Under the pieces are notes generated by a model. That model had not been told where the DNA came from. It was given only the letters and a program-made list of their open reading frames with translations, and ran no database searches. A stretch of DNA of 64,000 nucleotides from Azolla caroliniana (lineage: Eukaryota; Plantae; Polypodiophyta): contig JBHGNT010000009.1 of assembly GCA_043228905.1 (NCBI GenBank), positions 10,044,001 through 10,108,000 of the forward strand, in the 5' to 3' direction. The first letter of the stretch is position 1. Each line of letters begins with the position of its first letter. A program made the translations under genes and the position numbers. Positions 49,332 to 61,200 of this stretch are shown one piece after another.

Positions 49332-50956
49332 TGTTGAGTGGACAAGCTGAACCGGATCCGGATTTGCTGAATAAGCTAAACCGGATAGGTATCCGGATTG
49401 GTATCGGAGAGACGGATCGAATTGTAACCGGTAGGTCATTAGAGACCTACAACCTTAGCCTAGTACGTTGGCATATTCCTTGGAGTTAGTGTCAGTCGCT
49501 CGTATGAGCATTGAAGTACTTGTTAGTACTTTTGTCAGTCCTTTTTAAGGACTTGTATAAAAAGTGTTATGTAGGACATTTCTATGTACAGAGTGATATT
49601 TTGAAATTGAGTTTATGTTGTTCTACTCTCTCTCTGTCACTCCCGTGTATGCTTTGTGTATTTTTGAAGCTTCCATTAAACCTACACTTATTCTCTCTTG
49701 CTACCCGACTGAGTTGGTTCGTCTACAAGCTTCTGCATCTTAACTTTTACATGGTATTAGAGTGCGAGGGTTGAGAACCTTTGCTGCCAACAATCAAAAT
49801 AGACGAACCCTAACTTCTAGGAACGCATGGACCAAAGAGAGAAGAAAGATATGGACAGAAGCATGGCGAGCTCGCCTCATACAAAAAAGCTTGACCAGAG
49901 CAACTATGCATCCCTGGTCGTATAAAATGCACCAGTACATGCTGGGGCACGAATAATAGAGCTACGTGAAAGGAGCAAATGTAGCAGCGCCGGATTCGGC
50001 ACACAAGGACTTCCCGGCATGGGAACAAGGAGTGAACATAGTGTTGTACTGCCTCGTGTCCTGTGTGCACAACTAGATGCTCGGCTACATTAGAGACACA
50101 AAGTTGTCAAAGGAGGCATGGGAAAATTTCCGAAAGATTTTCGCCGCAAGTACCATGACTCGGAATTCGCAGCTCGCAAGAGCTCAACAATATCCCGCAA
50201 CAAGACATGTCGGTCATTGACTACACCACCAAGATCAAGGAGATCTGCAATGCGCTTGGGTCCATCAACGTGATGGTGGATGAAGACGAGATGATCTAGA
50301 TCTACCTCGGTGGTCTAGCACAATGGTATGGGCCAATCCGTACGACGATTTGCACCTGGGAGAAGCCACCGTCCTTCTTCAACCTGCAATTGATGTTGAT
50401 GATCAAAGAAAACCACGTGAGTGGGTCAAGGATCACCCAATTGGACAACTGGATGATGTACACAGAGGCGGATCGGGGCCGTGGAGGACAAGGTGGGTCG
50501 GCACACAATAACGGCGGCGAGTAGGAGCAGAACTAGAGGCATAGAGATGGCGCCTACAACAGTTCCAAACCCTCCACAAGCAGGGGGAGTCAAATCGGTG
50601 CTGGAAACCGGCAAGGGAAGGCCGACGCGGAATGCTGGTACTGTGGCTAGAAAGGCCACCGGGAGAGCAAGTGCTCAAAGAAATGTGCTGATTTGGATAG
50701 ATCCGGATTTGGCAAGACCGGACAAGGGAATTGGCAAAGCTCGCACTATGTTGAAGGATCGGAAGGATCCGGGATCGGAAAGACCGGAAAAGGGCCAACT
50801 TTTGTGATGAAACACAAGGTGAACTCCATGAAGAAGACCACTTCCGGATCGGAGGAAGTGTGGTACGTTGACTCCGGAGCATCTAACCACATGACAAGCC
50901 ACGAATAGTGGTTCTCGTTTCTGGAAAAGCCGGAGCAATAGGTAGTTGTCGAAACC
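49332..50956 (+). mobile_element. Degenerate Copia 5' half (LTR, PBS, gag, protease)
   Basis: LTR 49332-49751; PBS TGGTATTAGAG 49752-49762; CWYC..GH knuckle; WYVDSGASNHMT. Confidence 0.85.
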
Positions 50957-52305
50957 TGTAAAGAATAACGTGCGGAAGCTTGTAGAAAAACCGGCTTACT
51001 AGCTGGATTATAACAATAAAACAAAGAATGAAGGTTTAATGGAAGCTTAAGAACAGAGAATATACAGAAGAGTAGAAAGCATAAACTCAATTCAAAATAA
51101 TAATACTCTGTACATACAATGTGCTCAATGAGAACTTTTATACAAGTCCTAATACGGACTAACAGAAGTACTGACAAGTACTTCAATGCTCATACGAGTG
51201 ACTGACACTAAATCCCAAAAATATGCCTACATACTAGGCTAGATTTGTAGGCCTCTAATGGCCTACCATTTACAATCCGATCTGGCGATTGGTTCCAAAT
51301 ACCATCCGGACACGTACCCGGTTCTCCGTTCTGGATACCGATCCGGGTCTGGCTTATTCAACCTATTTGGATTCAGTTGAGCTTGTCCGCCAACACTCCC
51401 CCTGAAGCTCAACTTGAGGTCGGATTGAAGTGTCAGTGTCTATGGTCGCCGGTCCTCTCCTCCGGCTCCCCCTGGCGTCCTCCTGCCTTGTTCGCGCTCC
51501 TCGACCCGTCCGGTTCCACTTTCCACGACTCGTCCGGTCCCGCGCACCTTGACCTTCTTGGTCGGCTTGTCTTTCTCATAAGGCCTTTCTCAGCTCCTTC
51601 GCTATTTAGACTTTGGCGCTTCTCGACCCCTTAGTTCCTCCGTGTCGGTGCAGCTTTCGATGCCTTCTCGTCTGTTTGGCCTTCAGTTGATTCGGCTCCT
51701 CTGAATTGAACTCTTCTTCAGAATCGGCTGCCTTCGATTCGGTCTAGCTCTTGTCCAAATTGGTTGTCTCCAATTCATCCTCAATCTTCAGAGCCTTCAT
51801 GACATCAGACCATGTCCGTGTCTTAGTCTTCCCGGCTTTGCCTCCCCCTTTTTTGGTTGGCTTCGGCTTCGGCTCTCCGTTACGGTGGCTCCGACTTCTT
51901 TAGCCATCCCGTGCAGTCCGACTTCTTCAGTCGGGCGGAAGTCGGAATCGGTTTCCGATTCGGCTCGATCTTCTTTCTCATTCCTCCTTTCACCCCTCCC
52001 CGTGAAGTTCGGCATATCGAGGTACTGCACACCCAAAGCACCGGAAAATTGCTGCAATTTGTCTAAGCCGAGGGGTTTGGTGAAGATATCGGCTATTTGC
52101 CAATCCGTCAGAACATGCGACAGTTCCACTTCACCGGAGAGAACAAGCTCACGGACAAGGTGGTAGTGCACGTCGATGTGCTTAGTCCGGGTGTGAAAGA
52201 TGAGGTTCTTTGCCCACTGGATGTTGCTGAGGTTGTTGCAATAGATTGTCGTTGAGCCAGACACCTCCACTCACAGATCCTTCAGAAGCCTCTTGAGCCA
52301 TATGG
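50957..52305 (-). mobile_element. Copia 3' end (RNase H, PPT, 3' LTR) related to the 49332 element, opposite orientation
   Basis: HTRTKHIDVHYH...ADIFTKPL; PPT 51396-51403; LTR 50957-51395 resembles the reverse complement of 49332-49751. Confidence 0.85.
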
Positions 52306-52391
52306 ACAACCAATCTGAGGTTTTACTTGTCCAAATAGATCATAGTAAATCGCTAACAATCCTATCCCACTAATAAGTATTTCTCTCCAAT

Positions 52392-55300
52392 TCAAGAGCC
52401 CCTTGATCGAGTAACTGGTCTTGTCCCCGATCGTGGCCCCTTCTTTAGCCTTTTTCTAGCCGGTTGCCCATTTAGCCTTGCTTCTTTGACCCATTGCGCA
52501 AGTGTGTCCTCCTCCGACAACCTTTCCATCACCTCAGCAGCGGCTTGCACATCAGCCGTGTCTTGCGCTAGCTTTTCCAGTACAGTGGGATCAATTTGGA
52601 CATTATTAGTAGTTGGGCTAAGTGGGGTGGAATCAAGGTTTTGGGATTCGAAGAAATGTTGCATCAAGTGTTCAAAAACACTATTGTTGTGAACCTCAGA
52701 TTTACATGTTGTTTCCAATATTTCATGGCTTTTCACATCGTTGCCTAATTTAGTACCATTTTCTAAAAGAATAGGGTGGAGCTTATCTGAAGGAGATGTG
52801 ATAGCAAGACTCTTACTTTCAGCCACATTGGCAACTATCTCCTCATCGGTTGCAGTGTCATCAATACTAGACACCTCATGCACCCTCCTTAATCCACAAG
52901 ATTCTACAACAACATGGTCGCTAATTAGCTACATCTTAGCTAACTAGCTATTCTTCTACACTATGACATTAGCTAATTAGCTACTCTTTGTCAATATGGC
53001 AGCAACTAATTAGCTACTCTACTAAAGTATGGTAGTAGCTATTTAGCTACCAGTTAGCTAATTAGCTACTCAACTAAAGTATGGTACTAGCTAATTAGCC
53101 ACTATAACTAAAGTATGGTAGTAGCTAATTAACTACTTTACTAAACTATGGTAGTAGCTAATTAGCTACTCAACTAAAGTATGGTAGTGGCAAATTAGCT
53201 AAGTGGTAGCTAATTAGCTATTGTACTAAAGTATGGTAGTAGCTAATTAGCCACTATAACTAAAGTATGGTACTAGCTAATTAGCTACCACTTAGCTATT
53301 TAACTACCGTACTAAACTATGGTAGTAGCTAATTAGCTACCACTTAGCTAATTAGCTACTCAGCTAAAGTATGGTAGTAGCTAATTAGCTATCACTTAGC
53401 TAATTAGCTATTGTACTAAAGTATGGTACTAGTTAATTAGCCACTATAACTAAAGTATGGTAGTAGCTAATTAGCTCCCACTTAGCTAATTAGCTACTGT
53501 ACTAAACTATGGTAGTAGCTAATTAGCTATCACTTAGCGAATTAGCCACTTAGCTAAAGTATGGTAGTAGCTAATTAGCTACCACTTAGCTAATTAGCTA
53601 TTGTACTAAAGTATGGTAGTAGCTAATTAGCTACTGAGCTAAAGTATTGTAGTAGCTAATTAACTACCACTTAGCTAATTAGTTACTCAACTAAACTGTG
53701 GTAGTAGATAATTAGCTATTGTATTCAACTATGGTAGTAGCTAATTAGCTACCACTTAGCTACTTAGTTACTCAACTAAACTATGGTAGTAGCTAATTGG
53801 CTACCACTTAGATAATTAGCTACTCAGCTAAAGTATGGTAGTAGCTAATTAGCTACCACTTAGCTAATTAACATGTTAGGTAATTAGCTACTACACTACA
53901 ACCATAACAGCTAAATAGTTTCCACACTTTATACAGCTTACCTAATTAGCAAAGATGGAACTAATTAGCTATACTATGATCACAAGTAGCAAATTTACCT
54001 GTGTGTTTTTTCCACTCATCTGGGAGAGTTGTACTACAATCCCCCAAACAGAATGCAGCAATGCGACAGGCATATTGAAAACAAATGATATGGTATGTGT
54101 GCTGGCATGGTTGTAGGTGAACCAATAGAGTAGTAGATTTGTCCTCTACACGTAATCCACAAGCGATGCAACGTGCTTGAACAGTCAATATATCGTTTCC
54201 TGGTTCTCCTTCATTTGGTAAGGGAGCAAGAATGTTCAGGTCCAATTATTGTCTACTCCTTACCATCCCCTCCGCAAAATGTAGCTGCTTCTTAAGGCAG
54301 CTAACTACCTGTTCTTGACGGGAGTATTGTTCCTTCAATGTAGCCGAGAAATTTACTGATTAATTATTCCTTAATGAGGAAGATACAACAACAAGAAACA
54401 AGAATCATTAACTTACTTGTAGCTTGTCCAAATTGTAATTAACGACGGTATTTACACCTAGAAGGTCTAGGTTCATTGAAAGAACCTGAATCTCTGTCTG
54501 CAGTTGAATTTTCCGCTGGGGATCCAGCGACCCCTCAATTTCAAGTTCATGTTGAGCAACCTGTTCCAGATAATGCCTCAGTAGCACATTTTCATGTACA
54601 AGTTATTTATAACATATTACATACTAGCAAAACAATAGGTACCCGAATCTTATTTCTAATTGTTGTAACTGCCAAAATGACTTTGCTCTCCATCGCAGCA
54701 ACCAATGTTGCTTTCTCTAAATCAGTCTTAAAAAAATCCAATGTCTCACAAGATTCATGGACATTTTTTAGCATATAGCTAAGCAATGTCTCACCTGTCT
54801 CATCGACATTGACTTTCATTGTGTGTTGGAGTGGCATATACTTGCGGGTTTGTTGGGAGTCGACAATTGCATCATCAACTACCATGCTAAAAATACTTGC
54901 TAGTTTTTGTTGCAAGCTCCCCATCTTCTGACAACTTTCTATCGATGCCTCACTATAAATTGCCCAAGCTACCATGTACATTTCAGGGTCACGAGATTCC
55001 TTCGTTGTTTTGCAATACTCGTATGCAAAAGCTCTGGCAAATGAAACAGACAACTCGTTGTTGATCAGGATCTCTTGATGTACTTTCTGGTGCAGTCTCA
55101 TGCAGTCGTCGTACAGGTCCAATTGTACATGCTTGAGCTTGACCTTGCCTTTCACTCTAGGCACTTTATATACTGACATCCAATCTACATCACTAATCAA
55201 TCTATCTGTTAGAACAACAGGGTCAATACCCTCGAGCGACATACCATATATGTTGTGAAAGTCCTCCTTTGTCTCGCAAAAGTTTGTGAAGTTAAGCACT

Positions 55301-55926
55301 CTAGGATAGGGAGGAACGAGCCACCTGAAATAGAAAATCAATAATCAAAATTGGTGCAAAAACAAAATTTTTAATGTGAATTTGGTGCAAAATTACGACA
55401 CTTTGAGACAGTAATTTGAAATTTATAATCTGTCCTTTTCAACATGTATAAAAAATCAACCACTTAAAAAAACAGAAACCCTAATCAGAATTTGTCATGA
55501 GAATTGGTGCAAAATTACAACACATTGCCATAGTAATTAGAAATTTGTAACCAAAAACTTGTAATCAGAAACCCTAAACCACTTCAGGGAAACACAAACC
55601 CTAATCATCACTAAAGGAAAAAATCAACCGTACTACGAAATTCTATCAATCCGAAACACACCTGCTGCTACACCCTGATCTTCGAGATATCCTTGTTTGG
55701 GACTCCAACGACTTCGCCCTATTCGATTTTTGGGAAAGATGAACAGGCACCAAAGTTACAGGCATTTATCAGAAAGGAAAAATAAGTTTTTTTAATATGT
55801 AACTGATACATACCTGGACGACGATCGACTTGCTCGTGTGTTGTAGCTCTGAAGGTGCAATGTTGATCTTAGAGTTTTTGTGCTATTGCGGGAGCTTCGT
55901 CTGCGTTCATGCTCAGAGTACTCCAT
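52392..55926 (-). pseudogene. Six-exon gene: unknown N-domain, coiled coil, RING-H2-like finger, acidic/basic tail; one in-frame TAA
   Basis: Exons 55926-55814, 55718-55662, 55324-54643, 54560-54417, 54332-53999, 52903-52392. All GT-AG with consistent phases (2,2,0,0,1), 1842 nt. CIAC...PCQHTYHIIC...CLGDC; TAA at 54248-54246. Confidence 0.7.
52915..53970. repeat. ~1-kb satellite built on the palindrome TAGCTAATTAGCTA
   Basis: Mixed ~33-bp (AGCTAATTAGCTACTCAACTAAAGTATGGTAGT) and ~50-bp (with an ACCACTT insert) units. Confidence 0.95.
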
Positions 55927-56179
55927 CAGTTTGGATTTCAAACTCGAACTTAGGATTATCAAGAATTTGAACGTCAGAAACTAAAGTTCAAATATTTGAG
56001 TATTCTCATGAATTAAATGATATGTATTTTACTAGTAAAACATAAAATTTCGTAAACCATCCTTATGATTTTCCCACAAAAAGCTAGCTAAACAAATAGC
56101 TAATTAGCTGTGGCCATTTTAGTAGCTAACTAGCTATAATAGTGTTTCCACTCGCATGCTTTTACCCCTCTATGTTTCT

Positions 56180-58244
56180 TGTTCAAGCTTCCATTGATAT
56201 TTGTCTTTTATTACCTCATGTACATAGTGTGTACTAGTGTTCCAGACAAGATCATCATATTGCTGTTTAATCTAAGACAACTCAACTCCAACATTTGGTA
56301 TCAGAGCTGGAGGTTCATTTTCACTGCTAATCTTCTTTTGTTCCTGATGAAGTTCGTCAAGATTGCTTGATTATAAACGCACAGTTCATGAGAGAAAGAG
56401 ACACCCCTTTGTCAAGTTTGTGGCGAATTCGACTAGATCATATTTCAGATAAACCATATGATTGTATCTTCTTCTTGATCATAGACACATAAAGCAAAAC
56501 CTCAAACCAATCGACTTAGTTTGTATTCAATTCAGCTAGATCAAACTTTGGGTAAACTAGATGGTTGTACCCTTTCTATTGATTGCAGTAACTTTGAGCA
56601 AGACTTCTGACCTGTCGACTCTTGATAAATATGGCCTCCACATCTTGCTCGTCAGAGATGAGTCTCACGAAGTTCGACGACAAACTTCCACTTTTGGAAG
56701 GAGCAAATGCAAGATTACCTAATCATGATGGCTCAGATCAACCCAATCGAAAATGAATCGTCTCTAGATGAATACAAGTCAAATGAGTGGATGAAATTAG
56801 ATTGAATTGCTCATGCCACCATTCAGATGCACTTATCCGAAACGGTGTATTATACAGTGCAGTCATGTCCGGCTACATACTAGTTATGGAAGACATTGTC
56901 TGACACATACAAAAAGAAGGTGGCCACCAGGAAGACTTATCTTATCCGGCACCTTTACAATCTTCTGATGACAGAATCCAATTTGGTTCAGGCACATATT
57001 AACGAATACGAAAGCATCAATTTGCAAATTTCTGCCCAGGGGATGACGATTTGAAAGCTCTCTTGTTAATGAGTAGTCTCCCCCAACATGGGAAACTTTT
57101 TTCATGATTGTGTGTAATGCATTAGTTATGACCGTCAAATACTCTGAGATCACGAGCTTCATTCTATCTGAAGTTGCTCAGAGAAAAACATTCACATAGG
57201 ATTCAGAAAATGATGCTTTCATGTTGCAAAGTTCAGCTGACCAACCGAACAGTGAAGGCAGAAGTTCTTCTCGACAACCGACCAATGCGAGAGGTTGAAG
57301 TAAATCCAAGGACACCCGAATATGCAATTACTGCAAGAAACCTGGACACAGCAAGGTCAAATGCCATGCCCTCAAAGTCAAGAACAAGAAAGCTCAAACA
57401 TTAGATCCACTGGCAAGAGGAGGTAAACTTTGTCAGCTCCTTACCCGAAATTCTATCCAACGACCCGAACATTTTGGTGATCGAGAATATGGTCGAATTA
57501 GAAGTTTTACATATGACCGAAGAAGCCACCAACTACATTCTCGATTCAGAGCATGTGACCCCGCACTGATCTCAATTTCAGCAATATTCGGCTTAGCATT
57601 GTGGCTTAGTTTGAATCGGAAACTCATAGCATTGCGCCATAATCGAGTTTGGAACACTAGAAATTAACCTTCCGAGTGGCTCTACTCTAGTACTAGACAA
57701 TGTCCGACATGTCCCAGAACTGACATGGCTGCTAATTTCAGTGGGACAACTCGACAAAGTAGGCATCCGTGCCAACTTCTCGTCAAGAGGGTGAACACTC
57801 AATAAATGGAACCTCCTGCTTGGTCGGGGGCCGAAGGTACACTCATTGTACCCACTATATGTCACCTTAGAAAGGGTGACCTATTCTTGGTAGATATTCC
57901 TGTATTGTCCCTATGCCATGGTTGACTCGGTCACCTGAACAAAGTTGGCATCACACATCTATCCAGAGCCGACTACATCCCTAAGATCTCCTTCTCCAAC
58001 CATCAATTTTGCGAGCATTGCCAGTATGGCAAGCAAGCCATAGCCTCACATCTCAACAAAGAGCTGAGAAACTCGAATTTACACTCAATTTAGTCCATTT
58101 GGATGTCTTTGGTTCGATGCCACATCGGTCTGTTGACGGGGCATTGTACTTTGCCACAATCATCAACGATGTGATTTAGAAGGTGTGGGCATATCCCACT
58201 CGAACAAAAAGATCGTGTGCTCACGATTTTCATAGAATGGCTCG
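56180..58244 (+). mobile_element. Highly degenerate Copia (LTR end, PBS, gag, PR, start of integrase)
   Basis: LTR end TCCAACA at 56293; PBS TGGTATCAGAGC 56296-56307; CNYCKKPGHSKVKC; VRHVPEL...ISVGQLD; LVHLDVFG. Left boundary uncertain. Confidence 0.8.
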
Positions 58245-58295
58245 TGTTACTCCCCTCTAGAGGAACAGGTTGTTGGTTACCACTCATGAGTAACC

Positions 58296-61200
58296 TGTTG
58301 GAATTACGGTCCCTTCGGATGGGATGGTCGGATGTCGGAGATGAATGCCGACAAGCCCGGTTTCGGTTTCGGAACCGGATGAGGAAGACCCCGACTTCGG
58401 AGCCGGATGACGAATGTACCCGGAGAGCGATCCGAATGCAGGGACATATCCGTGAATATGTCTGCTATGGGCCCCTGAGGCTATAGTTGTAAATAGCCCC
58501 AAAGTCATATATGTATAAATATGACTTAGGGCAAACTGTTTTAGTGTTGCTGATCATTTTTCTGTTTTTCCACTCAAGAGGAGTGAAGAGGGAGCAGCCG
58601 TGAGAGAGAGAGAGATAGAGCGCGAGAGAGGAAGAGGACGACACCTCTGTGTATTTCCGCCGCCTGTGGCGAGGACAGCGAGCTCAAGGTCGTCGCCTTG
58701 GAGCTCGTCATTGTATACTTCTCTTTGTATAGTGTTGTTTGGAGTCTTGTACTCCCGTGGTTTTTCCCATCTAGGGTTTTCCACGTTAATCCCTGTGTAC
58801 TCGTTGTGGTTCTCCGTTTGGTTCCTATTTTCTGCTGCATTGATCCGCGATTACTCGGTTGTGGCCGAGTGGTGAAGGTGAATCGAAGCGTTGATTCCCA
58901 ACAATCTGGTATCAGAGCGGGTTGCTGCAGAAAATGGAAGGCGGCGGCAGCGGGCAGCCGGGGATGATGGTGCTGACTGCGCAGAATTACGCCGACTGGA
59001 AGATCAAGATGGAGGATCTTCTGATTGTTCGGGACCTGTACGAACCGATTGACAGGTCGGAAATACCGAAAGGGGTACTTGAGTCGGAGTGGAAACTCCT
59101 GAACCGGAAAGCCGTAGCGACGATCCGACAATATGTCGATGTAAGCGTCCTACAACATGTGGCGAACGACACCAACGCACATGAGATGTGGAAGAAGCTG
59201 TCGGGCCTCTACGAGAGGAAGAATGCGTTGAACCGGACCTCCCTGATGAGGAAGATAGTGAATCTCAAGTACCGGGACGGCGAGAGTATGGTGGAACACG
59301 TAAGCACGTTCATGGGATTCGTGAATCAGCTTGCGGCGATCAAGTTCCCGTTGGAGGATGCAATGCAAGCCATCATCCTGATGTGTACATTGCCGGAAAG
59401 CTGGGAGAACTTGGTGGTGACTCTCAGCACCTCCTGCACAGAAGATAACTTGTCCTTGCAAACGGTAAAGACAAGTATTTTGAACGAAGAAGCGCGTCGG
59501 AGAGATAAAGAACCGGCCTCCGACTCGAAGGCGCTGCTTACCGAATCGGATCGGGGAAGACAATGGAACCGGAGTCCGCAAAGACGGGAGAAGTCGGGGA
59601 CCCGGTCGCAGTCAAGAGGAAGACCCACATGCTTCCACTGTGGGAAGCCGGGGCATTTCCGAAAGAACTGTCGGCATTACCGAAAAGACAACGGAGCCGA
59701 CGACACCGACTCGAAGAAGTCACCGGAGAGAAACGGTGCATACCGGGGAGCCACGGACCGGAGAGGTTCGGATCGGCGAGGGCAGGACCGGAAAGGAACA
59801 ACGGCACTCGCGGCAAGTGAGGAAGAAATCATGCTCATCACCGAAGAAGGTGAGCTAAACGTTGCCGGCGATGAGACGACCTGGGTGGTCGATTCCGGAG
59901 CATCGTTCCACCTGACCCCGGAGAGAAGATACTTCTCATCCTACACAGCCGGTGAGCATGGCTGTGTTCGGATGGGAAATGAAGGTACGTGCCGGATTGC
60001 CGGCATAGGAGACGTGTGGTTGACAACCCCGACCGGATGCAAAATGCTGTTGAAGGATGTTCGACACGTTCCGGAGGTTCGATTGAACCTGATTTCGGCC
60101 GGGAGGCTAGACGATGAAGGCTACACAGGTAGCATCCGGAACGGCGTAATGAAGTTCAGCAAGGGGAGCCTGATAGTGGCTCGGGCCCGGAAAGACAACA
60201 CACTGTACCTTATGAATGCCCGGCTATGTCCGGAAGAGTTGAATGTGGCAGCCGACACTGCCGGTGAGCTGTGGCACAAAAGACTGTGCCACATGAGTGA
60301 GAAGGGGATGAAGAGGCTTGCAGAAGACAACCTCATCCCAGTGAAGCATGTGCACCTGGAGAAGTGCACCGATTGCCTGGCCGGTAAGCAGAACCGAACC
60401 TCCTTCCACTCAAGGCCACCGACGAGACGTAGCGCACCATTGGAGTTGGTGCACACTGACGTGTGTCAGGTAGAGACGAAGTCACATGGCGGAGCCCAGT
60501 ACTTCGTAACATTCATCGATGATCATAGCCGAAAACTGTGGACGGCACCGATGAAGACAAAGGACCAAGTGTTGTGCGTCTTCAAAGAACTCCACGCGAG
60601 AGTGGAAAGAGAATCCGGCAAGAAGCTGAAAGCGATACGAGCGGATAACGGAGGGGAATACCGGGGGCAGTTCCAGGAGTATTGTCGCTCGAAGGGAATC
60701 CGGCTCGAGTTTACTGTGCCGAAGACGCCGGAACTGAACGGGCTGGCCGAGAGGATGAACCGGACCATAATGGAGAGGGTCCGGAGTATGCTGGCGCATG
60801 CGAAATTACCCAAGGGATTTTGGGCTGAGGCAATGTCGACGGCGACATATGTGATAAATAGATCACCCTCAGTACCTTTGGACGGAGACACGCCGCAGAG
60901 AGTGTGGACCGGTAGGGAAGTATCCTACCGGCATCTGAAGGTGTTCGGGTGTCTCGCATACGTGCATGTGGCAAAGGACCGGAGAGGAAAGCTAGATCCA
61001 AAGACCCGGCCATGCATATTCCTCGGTTACGGCGACGACGAGTTCGGCTACCGAGTATGGGACCCGGTCGACAAGAAGATATTCAGGAGTCGAGACATCA
61101 TCTTCATGGAGGACAAGACACTCGCCGACTGGGAGTCGGAGAAGAAGATGAAGAGCTCCAAGTCGACCGGTGAGGATCAACTCTACGAGGAGCAGTCCCG

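Noticed and set aside
52915-53970. CRISPR-like palindromic array
   Set aside because: Sequences between the palindromes are themselves repeated, there are no unique spacers or cas genes, and the context is a eukaryotic intron.
55476-55606. Three AAACCCTAA telo-box-like motifs
   Set aside because: Dispersed in an intron, not a telomeric array, and common in plant DNA.
52368-56144. CACTA...TAGTG ends around the RING gene suggesting a CACTA element
   Set aside because: No 3-bp TSD (TCC vs TTT), no extended TIR and no transposase seen.
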